Both the position numbers and the translations under genes were made by a program. From contig CAYRQL010000004.1 in the NCBI GenBank assembly GCA_964426525.1, positions 4,720 to 68,719 on the forward strand: a DNA stretch of 64,000 nucleotides. Reading direction: 5' to 3'. The notes under the pieces were generated by a model, which searched no databases, was not told where the DNA came from, and was given only the letters and a program-made list of their open reading frames with translations. The DNA comes from an uncultured Actinomycetota bacterium. Lineage in GTDB: Bacteria > Actinomycetota > Aquicultoria > SKW223 > CALKMS01. Shown here one piece after another: positions 10,075 to 19,863 of this stretch (position 1 is its first letter; the number at the start of each line of letters is the position of its first letter).

Positions 10075-10097
10075 ACGTTTTTATTTTGGGAGGTTAA

Positions 10098-10370
10098 ATG
10101 GAAGATTTTATTTCTTTAGTATTGCCAATATTTATTGTTACCTTAGCTTATTTTCTTTTTCTCTATCCCCAGCGAAAAAGAATGAAAGAGCATCAGAAAC
10201 TACTTTCTCAACTTCAAGTTGGTGATTTAGTTGTAACGGCTGGCGGAGTAATTGGCCGGGTTTTAAGTGTTTCAGCCCGAACTTTAGTTCTTGAGTCAGC
10301 AGGTGTAAAACTAAAACTACTTAAAGAAGCAGTGATTCAGAAAATTGACGATAACAATGACCTCATTTAG
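10098..10370 (+). CDS. yajC: preprotein translocase subunit YajC
   Basis: 90 aa with a single TM segment, followed by 'QLQVGDLVVTAGGVIGRV'. Confidence 0.85.
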   Translation: MEDFISLVLPIFIVTLAYFLFLYPQRKRMKEHQKLLSQLQVGDLVVTAGGVIGRVLSVSARTLVLESAGVKLKLLKEAVIQKIDDNNDLI

Positions 10371-11034
10371 CAATTTTTCTTTTTTTCAGAAAGTAAAAAA
10401 TGATTTAGAAGTCAAAACCTTAATTGAACAGGCTGACCAGTTTTTAAAAACCATTGGCTATACTGACCATGGTTTTAATCACGCTGAAATCGTGGCTGAA
10501 AGAGCAGCTGAAATTTTTTCTCAACTTGGCTATCAATCCAAATACCAGGAGCTGGCACTTGTAGCTGGCTTTCTTCATGATATTGGTAATGTGGTGGGTC
10601 GAGCTCCTCACGCTCCATCGGGAGCCATTTTAGCCTATCAAATCTTAAGAAGACTGGGGATGGAAGTTGAAGATGCTTCCCTGGTAATGCAAGCTATTGC
10701 TAATCACGATGACGATAACGGAGACATTTCTCATCCTTTAACCGCTGCTTTAGCTTTGGCTGATAAGTCTCATGTTCATCGCAACCGGGTTAGAAACCCG
10801 GATAATCTGGCTTTTGACATTCACGATCGAGTTAATTTTGCAGCTTGCAGCTCATCATTGGAGGTAGATAAAAAAAACAAAAAAATTACTTTAAAGATTA
10901 AAATAGACACCAGGATAAGCAGCGTAATGGAGTATTTCGAAATCTTTCTTTCTCGAATGACTCTTTGTCGGGAAGCAGCCGAAGTATTGGGATGTAAATT
11001 CAGCCTGGTTATTAACGAGACAGAATTGCTATAA
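10345..11034 (+). CDS. HD-domain phosphohydrolase
   Basis: 'GFNHAE' ... 'FLHDIGN' ... 'ANHDDD' form an H..HD..D metal-binding pattern. The start could be TTG 10345 or ATG 10357. Confidence 0.6.
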   Translation: MTITMTSFSNFSFFQKVKNDLEVKTLIEQADQFLKTIGYTDHGFNHAEIVAERAAEIFSQLGYQSKYQELALVAGFLHDIGNVVGRAPHAPSGAILAYQILRRLGMEVEDASLVMQAIANHDDDNGDISHPLTAALALADKSHVHRNRVRNPDNLAFDIHDRVNFAACSSSLEVDKKNKKITLKIKIDTRISSVMEYFEIFLSRMTLCREAAEVLGCKFSLVINETELL

Positions 11035-11065
11035 TAAGCGTTAATTTTTTCTTGAAGGAGGCAAG

Positions 11066-12364
11066 TTGAACAAGCGCCAAAAGTATTTGTTATCGGTTTT
11101 TTTTGTTCTGGGCTTAGTTCTTACTTCGGTTTACCTGATTTATCCTCCAGCTAAATCTACTCGTCTGGGTCTGGATTTAAAAGGAGGTCTTCATATTGTT
11201 TTAACCGCTAAGCCTTCTGCGAAAGCACCAGTAACCGAAGAGACAATGGAGCGAGCTAAAGTAGTAATTCAGGAAAGAATTAACAAATTAGGAGTGAGCG
11301 AACCAGAGATTTCCCGTCAGGGCTCAAACAATATCCTGGTTCAACTTCCTGGAGTGAAAAACCCACAGGAGGCTCTGGATATTATTGGAAAAACAGCTTT
11401 GCTTGAATTTCGACCGGTAACTACTTCAACTGCTGAAGGGTTGGTTTTAGGTGAGACCTTGTTGACTGGCCAATATGTGAAGGATGCAGCAGTTGGGTTT
11501 GATGACTTTGGAAAGCCTAAGGTGGAGATGGAGTTTACACCAGAAGGGGCTAAAAAGTTTGACCAGATAACTGCAGCAATGGTTGGAGAGCGTTTGGCAA
11601 TAGTTCTTGATTACAACCCAAAGGGGAAGACTGACGAGGAAAAAGGGATAATTTCGGCTCCCCGAGTCAATGAAAGAATAAGTGGAGGACGAGCTGAAAT
11701 AACTGGTGATTTTACAGTTGACTTTGCTAAAAAGTTGGCCCTTGTTCTGCAGACCGGGGCTTTGCCAGTTAAACTTGATGTGTCTGAAAGTCGAACTGTT
11801 GGCCCCACTCTGGGAAGCGACTCGCTTCGAGCAGCTTTAATAGCTGGCATAGCTGGCTTAATCGCAGTAGTTATTTATATGATTTCCTTTTATCGGCTCC
11901 TTGGGCTTATAACGGCTGGCGCTCTTACAGTTTTTACAACTCTTTTTTGGGGAGTGATAGTGGCAACCAATAAGTTCACTCCTTTAGGCTGGACGCTAAC
12001 ATTACCCGGCATAGCTGGTATCATCCTTTCCATTGGTGTAGCCGCTGATTCCAGCGTTGTTATATTTGAAAGAGTTAAGGAAGAGATAAGGTTAGGAAAA
12101 ACTTTTAAGCAAGCTGCTGACAAGGGATTTACCTTTGGTTTTAAAACGATGGTTGTTGCTGATATTGTTACTTTAATAGCAGCTTTAATTCTAATCTGGC
12201 AAGGGGTAGGCGCAGTCAGAGGCTTTGCTATTTCTCTTTCAGTTGGAATAGGAATTGATTTGTTTACCACCTTTTTCTTCACTCGCCCCCTCCTAGCACT
12301 TTTTTCTTCAAGTGAAGCTTTAAATAAGTCACTTCTCTTAGGAGCTCAAAAGGAGGTGGCTTAA
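11066..12364 (+). CDS. secD: protein translocase subunit SecD
   Basis: 'LGLDLKGGLHIVL' and a C-terminal 6-TM bundle. The RBS GGAGG lies 5 nt before TTG. Confidence 0.9.
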   Translation: MNKRQKYLLSVFFVLGLVLTSVYLIYPPAKSTRLGLDLKGGLHIVLTAKPSAKAPVTEETMERAKVVIQERINKLGVSEPEISRQGSNNILVQLPGVKNPQEALDIIGKTALLEFRPVTTSTAEGLVLGETLLTGQYVKDAAVGFDDFGKPKVEMEFTPEGAKKFDQITAAMVGERLAIVLDYNPKGKTDEEKGIISAPRVNERISGGRAEITGDFTVDFAKKLALVLQTGALPVKLDVSESRTVGPTLGSDSLRAALIAGIAGLIAVVIYMISFYRLLGLITAGALTVFTTLFWGVIVATNKFTPLGWTLTLPGIAGIILSIGVAADSSVVIFERVKEEIRLGKTFKQAADKGFTFGFKTMVVADIVTLIAALILIWQGVGAVRGFAISLSVGIGIDLFTTFFFTRPLLALFSSSEALNKSLLLGAQKEVA

Positions 12365-12365
12365 A

Positions 12366-13262
12366 TTGAAATTCGAGTTTATAGAAAAAAAGAACTATTG
12401 GTTTATTCTTTCCGGAATAATAATTCTGGCTGGTATTGTTTCTCTTTTCTTGCGGGGATTGAACTATGGTTTAGAGTTTAAAGGCGGCGTCTTTTTTGAC
12501 CTGGCTTTTAAGGAAGAAGTAAAGATTGAGGAAATTAGAAAATCACTTGACCAGCTTGATTTAGGTTCCAGCGTGATTCAGTTGGTAAACAAAAAAGAAG
12601 TTTTAATTCGAACTCGTCCTCTAACCAAAAGTTTACAAGATAAGGCAATTAAGAAGCTTCAAAGTGACCTTGGAGAGCTCGAGATACGTGATTTAAAAAA
12701 TGTCAGCGCTTCTTGGGGCAAAGAAATCACCCGCGCTTCAATTATTGCTCTTCTCCTTTCTCTGGCTGGGATTTTAATCTATGTCAGCTTTAAATTCGAG
12801 TTTAAAATGGCGATTTCTGCCATTATTGCTTTGATCCACGACTTACTGGTGGTAATAGGGGTTTACTCAATAGCTGGCAAAGAGGTCTCTCCAGCTACAG
12901 TCGCGGCGGTTCTTACCATTCTGGGTTACTCCCTTTATGACACTATTGTTATTTTTCATCGAATTCAGGAAAACTCCCGGAATATTGGGAGGAGAACTTA
13001 TGGAATGATGGTCAACGACTCTGTTAATCAAGTGCTGGTAAGGTCAATAAATACTTCTCTGACTTCAATTTTACCGGTAGTTTCCATACTTATTTTTGGA
13101 GGAGAAACTCTCAAAGACTTTGCTTTTGCTCTTTTTGTTGGGCTGTTAAGCGGAGCTTATTCTTCAATCTTTACTGCCAGCCCGATACTGGTAATTCTTA
13201 AAGAAACTGAACCTTTATATAGGAATTTAAAGAAAAAATATGGTAAAAATATGGTAAAATAG
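12366..13262 (+). CDS. secF: protein translocase subunit SecF
   Basis: 'GLEFKGG' and 'ALIHDLLVVIGVYS'. Sits directly after secD. Confidence 0.9.
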   Translation: MKFEFIEKKNYWFILSGIIILAGIVSLFLRGLNYGLEFKGGVFFDLAFKEEVKIEEIRKSLDQLDLGSSVIQLVNKKEVLIRTRPLTKSLQDKAIKKLQSDLGELEIRDLKNVSASWGKEITRASIIALLLSLAGILIYVSFKFEFKMAISAIIALIHDLLVVIGVYSIAGKEVSPATVAAVLTILGYSLYDTIVIFHRIQENSRNIGRRTYGMMVNDSVNQVLVRSINTSLTSILPVVSILIFGGETLKDFAFALFVGLLSGAYSSIFTASPILVILKETEPLYRNLKKKYGKNMVK

Positions 13263-13282
13263 CCTCGTAGGAGGTGAAAAAA

Positions 13283-13615
13283 ATGAAAAATCTCTTCGAG
13301 AAAGGGCTATATGCTTCTTTGGGTTTCTGGCTTTTAATTCATGAAAAGGCTGATGAGCTAATTAGAGAAATGATTAAGAAGGGAGAAATGGCTCCTGAGC
13401 AAGGAAGAAAGTTTCTTGATGAGTTAAGTGCTCGAGTCAATCAAGAAAAGGAGTCTCTTAAAGACCGGGTTGTAGATTTAGTGCAAACTTCACTAAAAGA
13501 TGTTTTCGTTACCAGAGAAGAATTTGATAGACTTTTAAAGAAAGTTAGCGATCTGGAAAAGAGTCAGGGGACGAAGAGTCAAGCTTCGGCCAGTCGCAGA
13601 GCCTCAAAAAAATAG
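13283..13615 (+). CDS. small helical protein, phasin-like family
   Basis: Amphipathic helices ('ELIREMIKKGEMAPEQGRKFLDELSARV...'). ATG 13283 is 9 nt after AGGAGG. The upstream GTG at 13274 abuts the RBS, so I reject it as the start. Confidence 0.4.
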   Translation: MKNLFEKGLYASLGFWLLIHEKADELIREMIKKGEMAPEQGRKFLDELSARVNQEKESLKDRVVDLVQTSLKDVFVTREEFDRLLKKVSDLEKSQGTKSQASASRRASKK

Positions 13616-13717
13616 CAAATGGCGGTTTAACGGGGGCGAAAAAACATCGTTTTTCCAGCTAGAAGACGAAACATTGTAAGGCTTCGCAAAATAACTCAAA
13701 TAGCTATAAAAAATGGT

Positions 13718-15268
13718 TTGGGTTTTTTTGTTGAAAGCCTGGGGCTTCAACCTAAAGCTTTTCGCGAGCAAGAAGGATTAACTGACCAGCAAATAATTGG
13801 CCGCCGTTTACGCCGTTTTTTAGAGGAGTTGGGTCCAACTTTTATCAAAGTTGGGCAGCTTTTAAGCGTTCGTCCTGACCTTGTGCCACCGGATGTTTTA
13901 TTTGAACTTGAGAAGCTACAGGACAGAGTGGAGCCTTTTTCTTTTGAACGGGTAGAAAAGATTTTTAAAGAAGAGTTTGAAACCAACATTTCTCAAGTTT
14001 TTAAGAAGTTTGATCCAGAACCCATTGCTTCTGCCTCCATTGGCCAGGTTCATGTAGCATATTTGCAAGATGGGTCGAAAGTAGCAGTTAAAGTTCAGCG
14101 CCCGGAGGCTAAAGAAATAATTGAGGCTGACATAGACTGGCTTTTTTTTGCTGCTGATCGACTTCAAAAAAGAATTCCCCATCTTGATTTGCGTGGTTTA
14201 ATTTCGGAGTTTTCGGATTCTTTCCAAAGGGAGCTTGACTATCGAGTTGAGGCTCGCCATATTGACCGCTTTCGACACAATTTTCGGGAAAACGGTGTTT
14301 TAAAAATACCGCTTGTTTACTGGAAATACACTTCAAGAAGAGTTTTAACAATGGAGTTTATCGAAGGAACCAAGGTTGATGATTTAGCCACGCCAGAGAA
14401 AATGGGAATCGACACTTATTACCTGGCGATTGAGGGAGCCAAAGCTTTTATGAAACAGGTTCTGGAAGATGGTTTTTTTCACGGCGACCTTCACCCGGCT
14501 AATATTTTAATTACTCCTGAAGGGAAAATTGCTTATCTTGATTTTGGCATTGTTGGCTGGCTTTCTGATGAAGAAAAAGAAATAATAGCCCGTCTTTTAA
14601 TGGGTATCATCAGGCAGGATGTTGAGATGATAATTAATGAAGCAAAAAATCTCGGGGTTACCATTCCTACTGAAAACCTGCCTTCAATGCGCCGTGACTT
14701 AAAAGAAATTGTTGATGCGTACTATGGTAGAACTTTAGGGGAGATGTCGATTGATATCATCGGAAGGGAGTTTTTGAACCTAATTTATCGTTACAAAATC
14801 AGGATTCCTCAGCAATACGCTTTGTTGGCTAAAGCTCTGATTACGGTGGAGGGGGTGGCTAAAAAACTATATCCACAAATTAATATAATTGAAGTTGCAA
14901 AACCTTATGTTACTGAGTTAATGCGGCAAAAGTTTGGTCCAGAAAAAATGGCTGAGCGTCTTTTAGAAGAGGGGAAAAGTTACGCCTGGCAGCTGCTTGA
15001 TTTTCCCCGGCAACTTTACTTTTTGGTTTCCAATTTAAAAAGAGGTGATTTTCAAATTCGGTATCGGCAGGACGAGCTAAAAGAGGTTTCTCGCAGCATC
15101 AAGCTCAGTTTTGATCGCTTAATAATTGCTTTGTATTTAGCCTCTTTTTTGCTTTTATTTCCAATTGTAGCTTTTCTTTTTCCGGGTAAAACATTATTTT
15201 TAGTTTTTTATACCTTCCTCTACTTTTTGTTTTTTTTGATTTTATTATTTTTTCTCCGACGGGAATAA
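13718..15268 (+). CDS. UbiB/ABC1-family atypical protein kinase
   Basis: 'FIKVGQLLSVRPDLVPP', 'ASASIGQVHVA', 'FHGDLHPANILI', and a C-terminal TM tail. Confidence 0.8.
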   Translation: MGFFVESLGLQPKAFREQEGLTDQQIIGRRLRRFLEELGPTFIKVGQLLSVRPDLVPPDVLFELEKLQDRVEPFSFERVEKIFKEEFETNISQVFKKFDPEPIASASIGQVHVAYLQDGSKVAVKVQRPEAKEIIEADIDWLFFAADRLQKRIPHLDLRGLISEFSDSFQRELDYRVEARHIDRFRHNFRENGVLKIPLVYWKYTSRRVLTMEFIEGTKVDDLATPEKMGIDTYYLAIEGAKAFMKQVLEDGFFHGDLHPANILITPEGKIAYLDFGIVGWLSDEEKEIIARLLMGIIRQDVEMIINEAKNLGVTIPTENLPSMRRDLKEIVDAYYGRTLGEMSIDIIGREFLNLIYRYKIRIPQQYALLAKALITVEGVAKKLYPQINIIEVAKPYVTELMRQKFGPEKMAERLLEEGKSYAWQLLDFPRQLYFLVSNLKRGDFQIRYRQDELKEVSRSIKLSFDRLIIALYLASFLLLFPIVAFLFPGKTLFLVFYTFLYFLFFLILLFFLRRE

Positions 15269-15304
15269 AGTTTTATCGCTTTTCTTTCTTGGTAAAATTA
15301 TTCT

Positions 15305-17449
15305 ATGAAAAGTAAAGCTGGTAAGTTTTTTCAATTTTTAAAAGAACAGGAGGGCAATGTTGATATTGCGCTCCTTGAAAGAGCCTTTGCCTTTGCTCAA
15401 GAAGCTCATGGAGAACAGCAAAGAAAATCAGGAGAGGCATTTCTTTCTCATCCACTGGAGGTAGCCAAAATTTGCTCCACTTTAACTTTAGATACCCCAA
15501 CTTTAGCTGCTGCTTTGTTGCATGATGTGGTTGAAGATACAAATGTTGGAATTGAAGCAGTTAGAAAGGATTTTGGCGAAGAAATAGCAAGTTTGGTGGA
15601 TGGAGTTACCCGTTTGGAAATAGTTCAATTAAGAGATGAATCACAGGCAGAAAATTTGCGAAAAGTCGTTTTGGCAATGGCGGCTGACGTTCGAGTTATT
15701 TTTATAAAGCTAGCTGATCGGCTTCACAATATGAGAACAATTGAACATTTACCTCCTGAAAGACAAAAAGAAAAGGCTCGAGAAACTCTAGAAATCTATG
15801 CTCCTTTAGCTCACCGGTTGGGTATTTCGAGTATAAAAGTTGAGCTTGAAGACTTGGCTTTTAAGGTTCTTGAGCCAAAGAGATATGAGCTGGTTGTAAA
15901 ACTGGTAGCTGAAACCAAATCCCAGCGGGAAAAATTCATCGAGGAAGCAAGGAATACGCTGGCTGAAGAATTGGAAAAAATTGGCATTAAAGCTAAAACT
16001 GAGGGACGCCTTAAGCACCTTTACAGCATCTATAAAAAAATGAAAGAGAAAGGTAAAGAGTTCAGCGAGATTTATGACCTCTCAGCTATCAGGGTAATAG
16101 TAGATTCATTAAAAGATTGTTACGCTGCATTAGGAGTGGTTCATTCTTTATGGAAACCGATTCCGGGTCGCTTTAAAGACTACATAGCAATGCCCAAGTT
16201 TAATATGTACCAGTCTCTTCACACCTCAGTTATGGGGCCTGAAGGAAAACCTCTTGAGGTTCAGATTCGCACTCAGGAAATGCACGAGATTGCTGAGTTT
16301 GGTATAGCTGCTCACTGGCGCTACAAAGAAAAAATTAGGACTGCTGATGAATTTGAAAAACGATTGAGCTGGTTGCGTCAGGTTTTTGAGTTAGGGAGTG
16401 AACTGAAGGACCCAAGAGAGTTTTTGCGTTCGCTCAAACTTGACCTTTTACCCGAGGAAGTTTATGTTTTTACTCCTCGGGGCGATGTTGTTTCCTTACC
16501 TCAGGGATCAACCCCTCTTGATTTTGCTTACCAAATCCATACTGAAGTTGGCCATTCCTGTGTGGGAGCTAAAGTAAACAAGCGAATAGTTCCTCTTGAT
16601 TATCAGCTACAGACAGGTGATGTTGTGGAAATTTTATCTTCTAAATCCTCGCTGGGTCCTAGTCGGGACTGGTTAAAAATCGCCAAAACTTCGCGAGCAC
16701 GGAGTAAAATCCGGCAGTGGTTCAGTCGGGAAGAAAGAGAGGACCACACTCAGGTTGGCAAAGAAGCTTTGCAAAAAGTTCTCAAAAAACAAGGGCTTTT
16801 AAACACTGTTTCTTTTGAATCAGCTGAGTTTGAAAGTCTGGCTAAGAGTTTTAATTATAAAAAAATCGGAGACTTTTTAGCCGGAATTGGCTCTGGACAG
16901 ATTTCCCCTAAACAAGTTGTAACTCGCCTCATTCAATACCGTTCAAAACAGGCAGCTGAGCAAGTGGTGTCTGCAGCGGTCAAAAAAGTTAAAGTGAGAG
17001 GGGTTACCGAGAGCGGAATTATTGTAAAAGGGGTGAGCGATGTGTTGGTAAGATTAGCAAGTTGCTGCAATCCAGTGCCAGGCGATGAAATTATTGGTTA
17101 TGTTACTCGGGGGAGAGGAGTTACTGTACACCGTTCAAGCTGTCCGAACTTAAGAGATTTAATGAAAGATGAACAAAGATTAATTGAGGTAAGTTGGAGC
17201 CGCAAACTAAAAGGCCCCTTTAAAACTGAGATTCGAGTTCAAGCCTTGGATCGAACTCATCTTTTGCGAGATGTAAGCACAGTTTTGAGTGATTCTGGTG
17301 TCAATATTTTGTCAGCTACTGTAACCACTACAAAAGACGGGTTAGCTATTCTTGACTTCATTTTTGAATTAGGAAACCTGGAGTTGTTAAAGACTATTTT
17401 AGCGAATGTTAGAAGAGTTGACTCAGTATTTGATGTTCAGAGAGTTTAA
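15305..17449 (+). CDS. relA: bifunctional (p)ppGpp synthetase/hydrolase
   Basis: HD hydrolase ('LLHDVVEDT'), synthetase ('YRSLHTSV'-like region), TGS and ACT domains. Confidence 0.9.
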   Translation: MKSKAGKFFQFLKEQEGNVDIALLERAFAFAQEAHGEQQRKSGEAFLSHPLEVAKICSTLTLDTPTLAAALLHDVVEDTNVGIEAVRKDFGEEIASLVDGVTRLEIVQLRDESQAENLRKVVLAMAADVRVIFIKLADRLHNMRTIEHLPPERQKEKARETLEIYAPLAHRLGISSIKVELEDLAFKVLEPKRYELVVKLVAETKSQREKFIEEARNTLAEELEKIGIKAKTEGRLKHLYSIYKKMKEKGKEFSEIYDLSAIRVIVDSLKDCYAALGVVHSLWKPIPGRFKDYIAMPKFNMYQSLHTSVMGPEGKPLEVQIRTQEMHEIAEFGIAAHWRYKEKIRTADEFEKRLSWLRQVFELGSELKDPREFLRSLKLDLLPEEVYVFTPRGDVVSLPQGSTPLDFAYQIHTEVGHSCVGAKVNKRIVPLDYQLQTGDVVEILSSKSSLGPSRDWLKIAKTSRARSKIRQWFSREEREDHTQVGKEALQKVLKKQGLLNTVSFESAEFESLAKSFNYKKIGDFLAGIGSGQISPKQVVTRLIQYRSKQAAEQVVSAAVKKVKVRGVTESGIIVKGVSDVLVRLASCCNPVPGDEIIGYVTRGRGVTVHRSSCPNLRDLMKDEQRLIEVSWSRKLKGPFKTEIRVQALDRTHLLRDVSTVLSDSGVNILSATVTTTKDGLAILDFIFELGNLELLKTILANVRRVDSVFDVQRV

Positions 17450-17487
17450 TAAGCAGTTTTTTTAATGTGGTAAAATTGCCCGATGAA

Positions 17488-17952
17488 ATGAGAGCGATTG
17501 TTCAAAGAGTTAAATTGGGTGTGGTAAAAGTTGGCAATAATGAGGCAGCAAGAATTGGTGAGGGATTGGTAGTTTTTCTAGCAGTTGGAAAAGAGGATGA
17601 CGAGAGAGATGCTCAATATATGGCGGAAAAGATTGCCAATTTAAGGATTTTTGATAATGAAGCTGGTTTGCCTGATAAGTCAGTCCTGGATTTAAAACGG
17701 GAAATTTTGTTGGTTTCTCAGTTTACTTTATATGGAGATACAAGTAGAGGGCGTCGCCCTTCATTTGAAAGGGCGGCTTCGGGAAAAGTAGCTGAAAAAC
17801 TCTTTAATCAGACTGTTAAGTTATTTGAGCAAAAGGGGGTTGCAGTGAAAACCGGTCAGTTTGGTAAAAAAATGCTGGTAGAAATTCAAAACGATGGCCC
17901 TTTTACTATAATCATTGATTCTAAGAGGAAAAATTTACTACAGGGTAAATAA
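17488..17952 (+). CDS. dtd: D-aminoacyl-tRNA deacylase
   Basis: 'MRAIVQRV' N-terminus and the 'SQFTLYGD' motif. The in-frame upstream GTG at 17467 would add 7 residues with no homology support. Confidence 0.85.
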   Translation: MRAIVQRVKLGVVKVGNNEAARIGEGLVVFLAVGKEDDERDAQYMAEKIANLRIFDNEAGLPDKSVLDLKREILLVSQFTLYGDTSRGRRPSFERAASGKVAEKLFNQTVKLFEQKGVAVKTGQFGKKMLVEIQNDGPFTIIIDSKRKNLLQGK

Positions 17953-18593
17953 TGGAAGATCTGGAAATAATAAAATTTGTAGTGGGGGAGCTATCAACCA
18001 ACTGTTACTTGCTCAAATCTGGCGAAGAAGGAGTGATAATTGACCCTGGAGCTGAAGGTGAGCGGATTTTTAAAAGGGTTGAGGATTTAGAGTTGAGACT
18101 AAAGTATGTTTTAAACACACATGGTCATTTTGACCACATTGCTGCCAACGATTTTATTCGAGAAAGGACTACTGCTAAAGTGGCTATCCATAGGCTTGAC
18201 GCTGAAAGTTTAGGGAGTTCGTTGAAGAATTCTTCACTTTTGCTTGGCTGGGATTTAAAGCAGAGTTCGGCCGATATTTTCCTTGAAGAGGGGGATATTT
18301 TAAGTTTTGGCTTTCATTCTCTTACTGTTCTTCATACACCGGGGCATACGCCGGGAAGTGTGAGTTTTTCAATTAATGACCGAATTTTCACTGGAGACTT
18401 GATTTTTGCCGGTTCGATTGGTCGCACCGACTTGCCTGGGGGTTCTTCAAAGGCAATGGTGGAGAGCTTAAAGAGACTAAGAGAGCTTCCTGAGGAAACG
18501 ATCATTTATCCCGGTCACGGACCTGAGACAAGCGTTAGACGTGAGATTGAAAGCAATCCTTTTTTAAGCGAGGATTGGGTTTATGAAAAGTAA
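17952..18593 (+). CDS. MBL-fold metallo-hydrolase
   Basis: 'NTHGHFDHIAAN' and 'HTPGHTPGS' metal-binding motifs. Confidence 0.75.
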   Translation: MEDLEIIKFVVGELSTNCYLLKSGEEGVIIDPGAEGERIFKRVEDLELRLKYVLNTHGHFDHIAANDFIRERTTAKVAIHRLDAESLGSSLKNSSLLLGWDLKQSSADIFLEEGDILSFGFHSLTVLHTPGHTPGSVSFSINDRIFTGDLIFAGSIGRTDLPGGSSKAMVESLKRLRELPEETIIYPGHGPETSVRREIESNPFLSEDWVYEK

Positions 18594-19863
18594 GTTAACA
18601 GCCCCTAAGGGAACAAAAGACCTTCTTCCTGAAGAAGCAGCGAAAAAGCGATGGCTGGAGGAGAAAGCCTATGCTATTTTTTCTCGTTACAATTACAAAC
18701 CCATTATTACTCCAGTCTTTGAATTTACTGAGGTCTTTGAAAGAGGCGTAGGCGAATCAACCGAAATTGTTCAGAAAGAAATGTATACTTTTATTGACCG
18801 CGGTGGACGCAGTTTAACCTTGCGACCAGAAGGAACAGCTCCGGTCGTCCGAGCTTATCTTGAGCACTCCTTAGACAAAAAATATTCGTTACCGCTAAAA
18901 CTTTTTTATTCAGGACCAATGTATCGATTCGAAAGACCACAGTCAGGTAGGCAAAGAGAGTTTTGGCAGTTGGGAGCAGAGATATTAGGAGTTGATTCTC
19001 CGGTAGCTGACGCCGAAATAATCCTTTTACTAGTTGAGTTTTTAAAAGAGTTAGGAGCAACCCATTTTGATTTGATGATTAGCAGCATGGGCTGCCCTCA
19101 ATGTCGAGCACCTTATTTGAAAAAGCTTAAAGATTTTCTAAAAAGCAAAAAAGATTCTCTTTGTTCTGATTGTCAACGTCGTTACGAGTTGAATCCTTTA
19201 AGGGTTTTCGATTGCAAAAATCAGGCTTGCGCTCAACTAATTACAAAAGCCCCAAAACTTTTGTCCGGGTTGTGTTCTGATTGTACTGAACACTTTGAAG
19301 AAGTTCAGCGCTTGCTTGATTCAGTTGGCTTGAAATTTGTTATCACCCCTTACTTGGTTCGAGGTCTCGACTATTATCGGAGGACCACGTTTGAAATTGT
19401 CAGCCCTTACCTGGGAGCGCAAAATGCTTTAGGCGGCGGCGGTCGTTACGATGGACTGGCTGAAGACCTTGGCGGAGAGCCAACACCAGGCATTGGATTT
19501 GCGGCCGGGGTGGAAAGAATTCTGCTTCATCTGGAGAAGGAAAGGGTAATTTTACCAGGACTAAACTCTCCTGAGGTTTTTCTGATTGCTACTGATCCTT
19601 CTTTTCAATCTGAAGCTTTTTATTTAGCCTGGAATTTAAGGAAACAAGGCTTTTCGGTTGATTTTGACTTTCGCTTTCGCAAGGTTGGAAATCAGTTAAA
19701 GTTAGCTGATAAGCTTAAAGCCAGGTACGCGCTTTTTTTGGGGGAGAGGGAAAAGTCTAAAGGAGCTTATAAGGTGAAAGAGATGATTAGCGGAGAAGAA
19801 AAAGAAATACCTGAGAGTAAAATAGTTTTATTTTTCAAAGAGAAATTGCGGGAGGAAATGTGA
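18583..19863 (+). CDS. hisS: histidine--tRNA ligase
   Basis: Class II motifs: 'LTLRPEGTAPVVRAY', 'FQLGAEILG', 'GGGGRYDGL'. Confidence 0.9.
   Translation: MKSKLTAPKGTKDLLPEEAAKKRWLEEKAYAIFSRYNYKPIITPVFEFTEVFERGVGESTEIVQKEMYTFIDRGGRSLTLRPEGTAPVVRAYLEHSLDKKYSLPLKLFYSGPMYRFERPQSGRQREFWQLGAEILGVDSPVADAEIILLLVEFLKELGATHFDLMISSMGCPQCRAPYLKKLKDFLKSKKDSLCSDCQRRYELNPLRVFDCKNQACAQLITKAPKLLSGLCSDCTEHFEEVQRLLDSVGLKFVITPYLVRGLDYYRRTTFEIVSPYLGAQNALGGGGRYDGLAEDLGGEPTPGIGFAAGVERILLHLEKERVILPGLNSPEVFLIATDPSFQSEAFYLAWNLRKQGFSVDFDFRFRKVGNQLKLADKLKARYALFLGEREKSKGAYKVKEMISGEEKEIPESKIVLFFKEKLREEM

Noticed and set aside
13238-13259. 11-nt tandem duplication (atatggtaaaa x2) at the secF 3' end
   Set aside because: It is in-frame, encodes YGKNMVK and is only two copies. 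It looks like trivial slippage with no functional implication.
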